Shown: positions 12,418 through 24,639 of the stretch, piece after piece
Position numbering within the stretch: the stretch's first letter is position 1
How the letters are laid out: each line of letters begins with the position of its first letter
Assembly (NCBI GenBank): GCA_051362555.1
Contig: CM120640.1
Location: 2,046,001-2,110,000, forward strand
DNA length: 64,000 bases
Source of the DNA: Lingula anatina
Taxonomy: Eukaryota; Animalia; Brachiopoda
Direction of reading: 5' to 3'
The notes under the pieces: model-generated
What the model saw: only the letters and a program-made list of their open reading frames with translations
Databases searched by the model: none
Told to the model about the DNA's origin: nothing
Translations under genes and position numbers: made by a program

Positions 12418-15400
12418 ATTGGTGTTAATGTTATATCCAGGGTTTAATGTGTAGGTATCAGTCATATTTTGCGTTTTAAGTAGAGAGAATTTTCTCGAGT
12501 GGAAACTTAGACCTACGCGATGCTGTTCACTGCGCATTCAAAGCGCGGGATTAGTAACAAAACATGGTTATCACACCGAATTTACGCACTGGCGTAGCTG
12601 AGGTAACAAAACCTTTCACCCCATATTGCTTTGCCAAGGCTTCATGATAAGGTATTCGATACACGCTTGCTGAGCATTATACAGTCCAAATGGTCTTACT
12701 AATAGGGTCAAGTTTTCACCTGACAAAAATAAAGAACCATGCACTGAACGCACTCTTTAACTTTTGGTTACCTCTTCCCTGGATACCTGATGTGTAATAG
12801 GTGTCTGTCCTGGTATGCGTCTCTTTCTGTATGTGGGCTAACTTATAGTTCATAACCACCATATTAATGATTTCAAAGTAAATGAAAACGCCTTTGCGGC
12901 AAAGGTGCAATTGCAATCATATTTTCTGGTTTCTGAATGTGAAATTTTCGTTGTTGCTAAAACGAATACGGCATCATAGATGTTTTGTCACGGCTTTAAT
13001 CTAGGCGCAGTTCACAAAATTTTTTATACTATTTCCCTATAAACACTGTTACGGTCTGAATTTCCAAATCTTAAGTTTTAAAATACACGATGACTGTAAT
13101 AAGTAATCGTGACATTCATTGTTGTAGACTATTTCATTCATGTAGGACAATTAGTAACGTAGTACTGTAACTGGAGTTTTGCCTACATGTAAATGTACAT
13201 GTTCATGTGCTCGATGTTGCAGAACAATTTAGAATTGACGTATTATTTCAATGAAAGATTTTTTTCTTGGGTACGAGAGAGATTTTGAGTAAGTGACGGT
13301 TCTGTAAACATTTTGTCAATTCAGCCGTGGCCTGCTGCTAATAATTGGAGATATAGTTCAGAGCCTGGAAAGGTTCTTTGTTTAGCCACCAAAGGCATGC
13401 CTTGGAATTGGAAAAAAGCCCTTTTTTACACAAGAGGGACTTCTGATGAGTTTTGGTCTTTGTTTGCAGTTTGAAAGCTTGAAAACCCCTGGAAATTCCC
13501 CAGGCTATTGTGTCTCTCATCGTAATGAACTATTGATGAACAAAGTGGCAAAGCACAAAGTTCCCATTTGGCTGGTCTGTTTCAGTGCCCAGTCCCGTGT
13601 GTAAATGAGTACACATGTAGAAAGAAAAGCAGAAATAAAGCAGTTATAAATGTTTGGCATGGGCTTACCCTTATCAAACTCAGAGTGGTGTTATTTTTTT
13701 CTTAAATCATCATTATAAATCGCTACTTGGGGACATCATTCTTTTCTTTCAGAACTTGAAACCAATTTGGGCAACGTCAATGATTTATAATCTAGTATGA
13801 TTGATTGTCCACGAAAGACCACGTAACAATTCAACAAATTGTTTTTTACGCAAACAAAACCTATCTTTCTTTTTTTCTCATTCGTCGGCCAAACATCCTC
13901 ATGGTCCCCTGCGTTTTAACCGCGGCGGTTGCCAGTATCCAGCAACCAGCGTCCAGATTACTGTTGCTTCAGTCCTTCATAGTATAACACATACGGAAGC
14001 TTCCCTCCAGCTACATTGATCGTATGCGAAAATTTATTCAGCGCATGCTAATTTAAAAACCAATCAGAAAGTGACTTCCATGAATTTCTATAATTTTAAC
14101 TCATTTCCGTCCTTTCATTATTCAGTGATTGTTGTTCTTGGCACAACAGTATCGAACCTCCGAGCAGTACAACAACCTGTCCGGCCACATTCTCGGGACG
14201 CAACTTATCCTCACGCGGTGCTGCTTTACATAATATGCCCTCTCTCTGCTGTGGTTCAACTCAAACCTCGGGTCGCCGTTTCAATGTACTTAAACATCAG
14301 TGAACCGTGACCAGACGCCGCGGTAATTATATTGACCACATTATTGCGCGGTTGAGGTTAAATCGATAGTTTTCTCGTCCGGGGCTATTTATTACAAGAA
14401 GTGAGTTCACTGGCCTAGGTTCTTTGTTACATATTGTATGGTAGGTCAATAAGGGCGATTGAAAATGGCAATGCTTATTACGCAGGCGCAGAACTGGAGA
14501 ACGCAAGTTGTTTGTAACCGGGACAGTCAGGTGTTTCTTCCCTTTGTTCGATCTCTTTATTCCCACTGTGGCCTACTAACCCCAGGGGTCGGTCTCCGCT
14601 AAAAGTATATCACTAAAATCAACTACAGATAAAAGAAAATTATATATAATGAATTATTATCCAACATACATGTAGCAGATCTAAAGGACGAAACTTTTAT
14701 TAACTGGCACCGTCATTACTTCTGGAGGTTCAGTGAATATTAATTGTTAATCGGGAATATAGCCGTAAATTTCTTTAGTCAATAAGCATGTTTTAATACA
14801 AACTGTGTTTTTAATACAAAACAATATCCTTGAATATATATAAAAAACTGCAGCTTTAGCAGAATACAAAACCGTTCACTGCAGAGCAGGCTCTTATTAA
14901 TTTATAGCAAACTGTATCGTTTTCTATTATTATGTCACCTTAAGGTCCAACAGTGCACGAGACCCTGCAAGTCAATTATTTTCAGGTCAATACTGCCCCT
15001 CACCTGAAAGGTACTTTATATGCAGGTATGCTAGAAAGTTTTACTCAAGAATGAAGGTCAAGCTCACGAGGTCATGCCCTCCCTGTCCTCGCACAGTAGT
15101 GCTGTGTTACATAATGTGCAACCTCACTACTGATTTTCACCCGGCCGACCTGAATCCTGGGGTCACGTGCCATGAAAACATAAAAATAGGTGAACTAGAC
15201 AGTGAGCTTATAAATTTGAAAAAGATTACACATTTCGAGGACAGACAATGCAGTTTATTTTCTCCACTGGGGTAGGGACTGTGAGCTTCAATATCGTATT
15301 ATACTGTGTAATAAACAGTCATTCAGGAGTCAGCCAGAATATATCTGTCAGCTAATATTAGACGTACTGAAATGCGAGGGTTAATGAAAAATAATCTGAT

Positions 15401-15713
15401 TGGACTTTGGGTCATAGCCTTAATAGCTGGATTCCGGTATGGCTGTGAATTATGCTTAAACTGCTATTTGTGGTGAGCTAGATGGAAAGGAACAGTTATA
15501 TGTTGGCAGAGACATGGGTGCGCATATGTTATGAAATCTGGCACTTGTGTTTTACGATGCCAGGGGTGTTGGTACAACATATGAAATGAGCCACCTAAGC
15601 TTTGCAGCAAAGTATGAGAAGCTTCTATTCATAACCTATGACATCAGGTCTATACTGAAACGGTTTGTTCTTTCCAAACGAGTGAAAGCCGTCGGTTATC
15701 CAGTAGAATTAGG

Positions 15714-15714
<1 letters not shown>

Positions 15715-15781
<67 letters not shown>

Positions 15782-15910
15782 TAAAATCGAAAAATCGGCA
15801 AGCCGACGTTGCGGTCTCACCTTGAGATTATGTAGCTATGACACTGAATGAGGTGACAAGTCCACTCAAGTGAGTGAAAGGCAACGTCGGCTTGAAGTTA
15901 AATTTTACCA
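15715..15910. mobile_element. (TA)32 microsatellite followed by a small TIR element
   Basis: Inverted repeats TGGTAAAAT (15779) / ATTTTACCA (15902-15910) and CAAGCCGACGTTGC (15799) / GCAACGTCGGCTTG (15881). Confidence 0.6.
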
Positions 15911-18900
15911 CATAATGTCATAAAATAAATCACAAATTTATTTAACAATCGGAAGTAAATCAATTCCTATTTAATTCTGAGAAATTTTATGTGTCCAGAA
16001 ACAGGCTTTGTTAAATCCTTCCTGGAATATTCGGGAAATGTATGGTTATTTCTTACTTTAAACCACCACCGTATCCGGCAGTCTCGTATATAATCCACAA
16101 CAGACACGTGCGCAGGAGTTGAAACCTCCTGCGGTCCAGTGTAACACGCGCGTTTGGTGTCTATCTTGGTCCTAAGGCGGCGTCCGGGATACCCAGAGTT
16201 TGCTGCAGAATACCATTTACAATGCTTCAAACTAGCACCTGGCAGCGGCTAATCCGACCGGGACTCGAATTCATTTCCTATATCTGATTACCGAAGCCTC
16301 TGGAGTGTTCCATTCAATATGTCAGGGCTAGCATTGCTGGGTTGTCTCTCACTCTGGATCTCACTGGAACTCGTGTCAGCTTACGTTAAGACGTGCTTTT
16401 TACGTACAGACACAGATACAGACAGACACACTTTCAGTGATAACACGATAAGTTGAAAAACGTTTTCCTTTTTTCTTCAAACTTGCGGAACTGATGAATA
16501 TTCATAATATACAGGTCGAGTTCGAATATCAGGATGATTGGACCATTTTCCGAAATTGAAGAAAACCCTATTTTGGGCACTGCCGCCATAATGACCATTA
16601 AAGGAAAACCGTGTTACTTATGATTCTCAAACTACTAAAATAGGACTGAAATGCTTGCTTAAGTTGGAAAACCATTCTGATTACATTCTTTCTCTGGAAG
16701 TAATACGTACTTTGTGAAATTTTCATTTTTCAGATATTGGCATTTTTAGTGTGAGACCTAGAACTCCCACGGGCATCAAGCTGAATCATAAGCAAATTTT
16801 CTAAATGTCTATGTTATTTAAAGTAAAAAATTAAAAAGTGGTGATGACTATGCTGCTAATCATTATGTAGCATTGCATCAAAATCGACAAAAAACTGCTT
16901 TTTTTTTCACAGCCACCACAAATTTTATGAAAAGAAACATATGTTACTTATTATTTTGTAACTTGTAACTTACAAATATGATTCTTAGGATTAACATACA
17001 GCTCAAAGTGGAAAACCAGCTTGACTTTCTTTTCTTAAATTATGCTTTCTTTTTTTTTTTCAAAGTGTGATCTTGAACACTCATGGGCCTGAAGCCTTAT
17101 GCTAGTTAAATATTCCTGTTGTACTATATTACCTGTTGTACACCTTAATTAAAATTTGGCGTTGACTTTGCTGCTAAGCATAATGTATTATTGCATCAGA
17201 ATTGACAGTAGCCTGTTTTGTGCATCATTATTTTCTGCTCTTTGTCTGTACATTTGACAACTTTGCTGCCTTGTTTTTCTTTCCTTTTTTCCTGTCTCAT
17301 AGAAATGTTCACAACGCTGATTCTTCACTTGTCGGTACAAAACGGTCGCGTGCGTTCAGTGACAGATGGATTTTATGTTTTTGAGATTGTTTTGTGGCTT
17401 CTGTGATATCAGTAACCTTTCAATAAACACAATTCTGAATATAAGGGGGTGTTAAGTAATTAGAACACATTGCGACAATAGATATGGGAAGTTATCAAGA
17501 ATGTACTGATATACCATATATAAATGTTATGCATATATTATGTATTAGGCTTATTATGTATTTACAATCTTGATATTATGAGTAGGGAAACAAAGCCTGT
17601 GTCTTTCGCATTATAACATTAAAAAAATCCAACATTGCGTCATAACGCCAATTCTGACAGCTCACACTTACAGACATTGTAGATGTCTCATTCAAAGTAA
17701 AGACACATTTAAGAGAAACGACTTCAAATTACATTGTGGGTTACTTTTCAAATCCATATAATTCTTGTTTAATACAATATTACATTGTGATAGAAAGACC
17801 TCTCAGGTCCTGCGCCAGGACTCTAGAACGTAATTTACATGGAAGAAAACGCGTAAGCCAGTTCATTTGGTATGGTGACGTAATCGACGGACTAAAAACT
17901 CTCAGCATGACGTCATAGACGGTGGTCGGATTTCAATGCACCTTGTTCGTCTCAGAACGCCAGGACGAACCTGCCGTTTCTGCTTAATTTGAAGTACCCA
18001 TTTGATCTATATTGGGATCATTTTGTTGCACATAAAATAAATTTGACTTAACGAGAAGTAATTTGTTTCATTTATAGTGTTTAGATAACGTTAACGACGA
18101 GTTTGTTTAGCTCAAGTAAGAAGAACACTTTTTAAAATTGTTAATTGGCTGTATCTTTTACTAGTTTTCTTTTACTGAGTGACGCAAAATGGAATCAGAA
18201 AAAAAAGCGTATGATACTAATTACGGTTTTGGCACATTCCCCATACTTAAGAAGGATTACCACCTCTATTTGATTTGGAAATTAATTTAGCTCAGTTGAG
18301 ATAAATTTAGCTCCCGTACTTGATTTAAGACTTACATCTGGATTACTAGGGATTTGAGTGATTTGAGAACAGTGCGCTTTCCTTATTCGTTATACCGACG
18401 TCCAACCTCTTTCATCGTTTCATTTTGAAATTTCATGTTAACGCGAAACGTACACATCACCTCTTCTATCATTGCATGTGAAATGAAATACAAACTCTGC
18501 AAAAACAATGAATATTGTTTATTAGGATTCATCTTTGAAAATCAACAGAAATGAAGTTTATTGATGAGATCCTACAAGAGGCTCGTCTTGATAAAAAAAA
18601 AAGAATTGTGAAAATTTGTATGATGACACCGCATAAACGCTAAAAGCCCTTTCCAACGGCGAGTATAATTGCAGAATTTAGCAAAACTGTCAACAAACAT
18701 TCTCACAAATCGTTCGGATGCTCAACCAAAAATATAAAATGTGTCGTCCGTTTTTTTTTTTTCTGGGGGCAAACGACCCCTAATCCAGTATTGTGATTCT
18801 GCAAGGGTGCCTGTATGTTACAGTGTAGTTCCATCCTTCAAAATGGCATATAACCAGGGAATTGGTGACTATGGTGCCCTCAAGTGTTAGGCGATGGTGC

Positions 18901-19058
18901 CCTCCATTGTGGAGACGCCGTGGGCGAATACACATGGACTGCGCAAGCGCATGCCACTGGAACGGACTGGGCCGTTGTCTAATCCCGCGCGGAACAGGGG
19001 CCATATTCTGCGTTTGCTGGGACGCAGTGCTGAGAAGACAGCAGCCAGCCGGCTCTCT

Positions 19059-22000
19059 TCATTCCGGAAGTTCAATGACTGGTCTAGGTAAGACGCCTTC
19101 ACTGGCTTTGGAAAATGTTAAAACTTCTTCATCTGCCGGGCTGTTATTTTCCTTAGAAAACTGAAAATATATGAAAGGAAAAACTTAATATCATTGCCAA
19201 AATAAACAAACAAAGTCAGTATTTATTATTATAAATAAACGACACGTGAGAATATCATATAAACACCTGTGAATTTCTCCTAAACGTGACCATGGCATTT
19301 TGTTGGACGAAATTGGAAGCCCTACCCGAACACGATCCGACGCAAGTAGTACAGCCTACGTCACGCTTTTATGTATTTCTTTTACTTCCGCAAAGTGTCT
19401 CTCGTTCAGTTTTTTTTTTTTTTTTTTCAAGCTTAAAAGACAATTATTCCAAATAAAAGAAATAGTTATGTTTACAGATAAGGTACTCACCTCTATCAAA
19501 GCACAATCCAGAGATTGCGCGTTATTACTGCGGCCAGCAGCGAAGTCGTTGTCATTTGCTGGAAGACTGTCGCCTAAAAGAAGTTTTCCAAGCTTGGTCG
19601 CCGAATCAACCTAGAGAGTATAAAATAATCATGTTTTTAGCAAATATGGCTTATGTTGTTTTTAATTCTAAATTGATTAACAAAATTGATGAATAAAAAG
19701 TGACGAACAGCCACTGTTAATTTAACATCTTGCGTTCCCTTTACTGTAAAATATCATTAATTTCAAGATACATTAAAATATATGCTCAGTTCATGTCTTA
19801 AAGCCGTCAAATTAGGGACGACACTTTGTCAATATATTCAAAGGTTTGAACCAAGAGTAGGCCTATCTGACATACGGAAACTGTATTTTTGAAGTGTCTT
19901 CTAATGAAGCATATGTAATATGGTTGGACAATATTGTACCAGTATATGCACGTCTTACTTGAACTGTTTTCAGCAAACGTTGATATGAGACTGGATGAGC
20001 TACTCCGTATTTATTGAAAAATATGTTTTCAGAGATTTGTAGAACCCTTTGTTTAAAATGTTTCCTGTTCTTTCACCCCTGCTTTTTTTTTTCTATAAGA
20101 CCAAGAAGTAAAAACGGACATGCGTCATGGCAATCAATTAATATTCTAACTATTTGATTCATACGGGTAAAATTTGATTGAAATGTTCACTCTAATGAAG
20201 CCGAGTGACTTCACCTTTCTGCATCACATTCGAGACTTCACTTGCAAAAGACCTGACCTCACAGAATTGAGGCATTTGAGGTGAAAGTTGCCATTACCTA
20301 ATTTATCGTTGTAAAGACATTTGACGGGTCACTCGTCATCATAAAATAACGTTCATTTTTGATTGAATGAAATATTTGCATATTATTCAATTTTTACTTT
20401 ATTCAAAGAGTCGCCCCGAGCATCATTATTTAAGCTATGAATATTGCTAAAATCCGGGTTTGCGTCCACGTTGATGGAAATCAAATGGTTATTTGATTAT
20501 TTTTCCAGTATGTCTTCTTTCTATCACAAAATGCCTTATTACATGATTACTTTTTAAATAAATATTCGCCATATACTTGTTAATTTATCACCATCGTTCT
20601 GCACTGCAGGGAAATCCCCCAAATTACTCGATCATCCTGCAGGCCACATGACCCGGTCATTCCCGGGCCAGGCGATGTATGCAGGTCAGACATACAATAG
20701 GTCTTTTCAGGCTGAGATTATTTGTCCTTAACATATGTTGGTCTCTCGTGTGTTTGGTCTTAACATATATTTTTTTACCACCATGCACGAGGTCTGCACT
20801 GAATATTCAGGGTAATTAAACCGACTTGTATCGTACATTTAAGAGGCATAGGGGTACCATGAGTTCGCACCCACAGGTAGTTTACTTTTTGACCTGTCTC
20901 TATGTGTCAGGTATTCATAATAGATAGAATATAATATCTGATTTGACGGCGTGTCTGGTCAGCTGGCCTGCCTGCAGTCAGTGACTGACTGCCACAATGA
21001 CGCATCTGTGGCGTTTTCACCTCAAGCACCTGTCTCTACTAATACACAGAGATCAGGTACACCTTACAGCCCGGTGAATGTCTATAGCAGTTGTACCAAT
21101 CTTAACACCTGGACTGACTTGGATACAGTATGTGTTCCCTACTCAGAGTTTGCACTGATAAGTACAAGTTGAAGAATAAGCTCGCTACATGTATCTGTTA
21201 CATACCTTAATAACTTGTATGTCGTTCTCCCAACAGTATGCCTCTAATAGTGTGAAATGAATACATAGCTCCAAGTTATCCAAGGTGTCCGCCGCCAATA
21301 CACACAGCATTACGTGGTCTGAACTTCTGGAAATTAGACGACATCATTAGATACCAACTACGTACTGTAACAATAACATAGATGTACCTGTATTAGCAAC
21401 GGTGTTGTTAGGTGTGTTATGGAAACATAACAATTTCAATACATAATATTTTCAAAACATATACGTCAAGTTGGTCTAAAAATCACTGCAAGAGGTACGC
21501 ATATTATTCACTTTTAAAAGTAAACAGAGTACCTCAAATGTATATCAGGAATAATAATTTGAGTATTTCAAAGCACTTACTCTTCTAGTCTCCTTGCTGC
21601 CTGATACACACCGCAGGTAACACGATTCGTCTCCTTAGCTTCTTGCAGGCTCAATTGAAGAGATACGCTGATGGCATTGGAGCGCGTTGTTAACGTGCTG
21701 ATGAAAAAAATTATATATGATAATATTATTTAAGTCAATGATTCTTTATATTTTGCGCAGCAGTTATTTGGTCTTTTTACATGTTAGCAAAAGGTTGTAT
21801 GTGTCAGTGGCGGATTTAAGGGGGTGTCAGGGTCCTGACCCCCCCCCCCCCCTTCAATTTTTGAAAAAAAATCACACCAATGGTCCCCTCTTGAAATTAG
21901 AATTTTGACTAGCTGAATCAAAGTTCTAAACTGTACCAAATAGCACCGGTCGCCCTCTAAAATACCAAACATTTTCTGGGCCTCCAAACCCCACCTCAAA

Positions 22001-22189
22001 GGGTGGGGGTCGGCTTCGCATCCGCGGACCCCACCTCCCTTCAAATAATCCTGGATATGCCCCTGTGGGTAATTTATTGAATAAAACGAAAGTTGCCTAC
22101 CTTCTTCCAACGCCGTGCAATGTCATGTCATTGTTGTTATTGTTCATCTGAAGGTACGAGATGGTCCTCAATGATTCCTGATAACCCAT
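19059..22189 (-). CDS. GADD45: GADD45 family protein, copy A (182 aa, 5 exons)
   Basis: Exons 22189-22101, 21697-21581, 21326-21206, 19610-19491, 19160-19059; all GT-AG, phases 2,2,0,0. Protein MGYQESLRTISYLQMNNNNNDMTL..RVTCGVYQAARRLE..VMLCVLAAD..IHFTLLEAYCWENDIQVIKVD..DCALIE..PVIELPE*. PolyA signal candidates at 18518 and 18557. Confidence 0.93.
21805..22065. mobile_element. hAT-like MITE in intron 1 of GADD45-A
   Basis: Ends CAGTGGCGGATTTAAGGGG.. and ..CCTGGATATGCCCCTG with G/C runs, typical of hAT MITE termini. TSD not recognisable. Confidence 0.55.
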
Positions 22190-22269
22190 CTTATTCAAAA
22201 TATGCCAGAAATGAAATACTGTAGGTTCCACTCGTTCTTGACAGTGTGCACTGGTAGCTCGTAAAGTTG

Positions 22270-22328
22270 AGAATGGTTTCACCTCAGACGCCGCGCCTAC
22301 TTAAGGAGTAGGCCACGTGGTCAGGTGA
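22270..22328 (-). promoter_or_regulatory. GADD45-A core promoter (E-box, TATA-like, Inr-like)
   Basis: Minus strand reads TGACCACGTGG (CACGTG 22314-22319), then TTAAGTA, then ..GGTGAAACCATTCT. The same module lies upstream of B, C and D. Confidence 0.6.
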
Positions 22329-23663
22329 CATTTAACTGCGCGTCCTTAATTCTCCGGTCTTTGATAAGTGAAAGTGAGGTCTCTTATTTATATGAATGCA
22401 GCGAACTGAATTCATTTCTTACTGACAGTGTATAAGCCCGATCAATAGATGGAAGTTCTTTAAGAAAACAATGTGTCAGTTGTAATAGTTCCGGATGTTG
22501 AAAATTATGGTTAATTTGTAAAAACAATATAAAATATGTGGTTATTGTCGACCAAATCTGTGAGTTTCAGAAATAAGATCATCGCATGGATGTCAAATTA
22601 AAACAATTTTTAATTGCACTTTAAAGAAAAACAAATTTGTTTTTGATACTTTTTGCGCGGAATAATTTTCACTCAAGTTTCTCCTTTTTTCCCTTTTTTA
22701 AAATTTACCTTACGTTTGAATCAGATTACGTTCTCTAAATGAACCGTATTTGCATGATAACCTCCACAACAACCACTGGTTTTAATTCCAAGGGTTTCAT
22801 TTTTTAAAAAAAGATCGTCGCGCATTTTTTTTTTTTTTTTTGAAAAGAAGACTACATCATCCACCCGAAACATGACATCTGGCAGTGGGTGGGCCTAAGG
22901 CGTGTCAGCAGTCAAGATCGGTCCTTCAGTCATGATTTGAACACTTCACCTCAACAGAACGTCTCATTATGATGAATTTACCAAAGGAAGCCAAACCAAC
23001 GCGGCTTAACTTGGATACAAATACGGTGGGTGGCGCAGTTTGATTTGCTGACAAAAACATCATATTTTGACCTAGTGATCACTTGGTCTAATCGTTCTTC
23101 TTTACAATGTACTGTGACTAATATGTCTTACGTCTTACGATTTTAACTTACTTCTGCCCCGAATTGGTGAACCTTTTGGTGCACACAAAAATCGGCCCAA
23201 TCGGGATTTAAGTAAGCTTAGCACCTCTGTTATATTTCATGGGCATATTTACGACCAAGAAAGACAAGATATGTAGTTACTCGGTTCACATATTTTTAAA
23301 ATGTACTGTGTGTGAAAGAGACAAAATGTCAGGATTATCAAATAACTCACCCCCCCCCCCCCCGCCATTTTCACAATACATTGCGAATACGTCGTCTACA
23401 ACCAGACACAACCAGTCTTTATCTGTCTGATCTAACGTCACCAATATGCCAATAGATAATTACAAATAAAGACAGAAACCATCAGCTGTATCAATAGTAT
23501 GGAGTTTATTTAACCGCTACGCATTACGGTACAACAGTGCATTCAAAGAACAATGAAAATTACCCATTTTTTTTTGAAAACCTTCGTTATTTCATACAAT
23601 TCGTTATTTCATACAATTTCTAATTAAACAAATTAGTTTTAAACTCATGGCCAGCTACTTAGA

Positions 23664-23788
23664 CAGGTGTGACAGGAATGGTAGTCCGCTAAGAACCGTA
23701 GTCTGTTCCCAATTACTTTGTACAGGTGACATTCTTTCCACACTGCATACTAACTCCAATACTAGGACTTCCATTCCTGTCACACCGG
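23664..23788. mobile_element. Small MITE
   Basis: TIR GGTGTGACAGGAATGG / CCATTCCTGTCACACC. A related inverted copy lies at ~36862-37035. Confidence 0.7.
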
Positions 23789-24639
23789 CGTGTCTTCCTG
23801 TATATTTCAGAAGAAAATAAAGACACCAAGTACTTTTATTTCAGTTTGCCGTTTTAAAGGTCTGGATAAGGAGAGATAAGGAGCTTTTCAGGATATGTGG
23901 GCATGAAAATGTAGCTCTGGAACATTTTCAAACCCGGGTAGAATACCTTTAATATAAATAAGTTTCATTTGTGTGGACGGCAGGAGATACAGGTATAACT
24001 TATTTGACATAATATACAACACAAACACCGTCAAATGTTCTGATCTTTTTAAAGTCCTCATCCTCGAGTAGAGTAGTCTCTCAAAAATAATATCTCTTCT
24101 TTGAAGGTGTCGTGACCGTCCCTGCAGCGTCATGGCGACTGGGCGACTTCTAGACAGGCGGGTATCACAAGGTACCGTGACGCGGCTACGGGAACCTATT
24201 CCACCGTTACTGCATGTAGCTATAGGCACTCTGGTACTTGAACCGTTTTTTTTTCATCGTAATGAACAAGAGGATCGACATTGGATGCCATTACCTGAGC
24301 TGCGTCACGGCGACTGGGCGACTTCTAGACCGACAGCGACAGTTGCTTTCAGGTACGATAACCGGTGTCATTGTGTGACATCGTACAGGTAGTTCTACTG
24401 ATGGCGAATGGCATTGTTCGACCATTAATACTGTTATTAGGCACCCTGAGACTTTTTAAACACAAAGACAATGGATGGTTTAAGTATTAGCTCAGACGGT
24501 CTTTATATGTTTTATGCCTTGGAACCGGAGTCGGCGCCAATCTCTCGTGGTTAAGGCACTTGATTTCGTGGTTCAGACACGTGCTTCTGCATTAGCTGGG
24601 ACGAAGCGATGGACTGATAACAATGGATTTATCCACCTT

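Noticed and set aside
16240-16290. B-box-like GAATTCGAGTCCCGG on the minus strand suggesting a tRNA or SINE
   Set aside because: No cloverleaf or clear A-box; at most a SINE remnant.
18780-19614. Several overlapping ORFs (18862..19164, 19300..19614 and others)
   Set aside because: They are antisense or off-frame shadows of GADD45-A exons 4-5 and its GC-richer 3' UTR.
22172-22189. MGxxxS start of copies A, B and D as an N-myristoylation signal
   Set aside because: Tyr directly after Gly is disfavoured by the standard consensus, so this is not supportable without a predictor or experiment.
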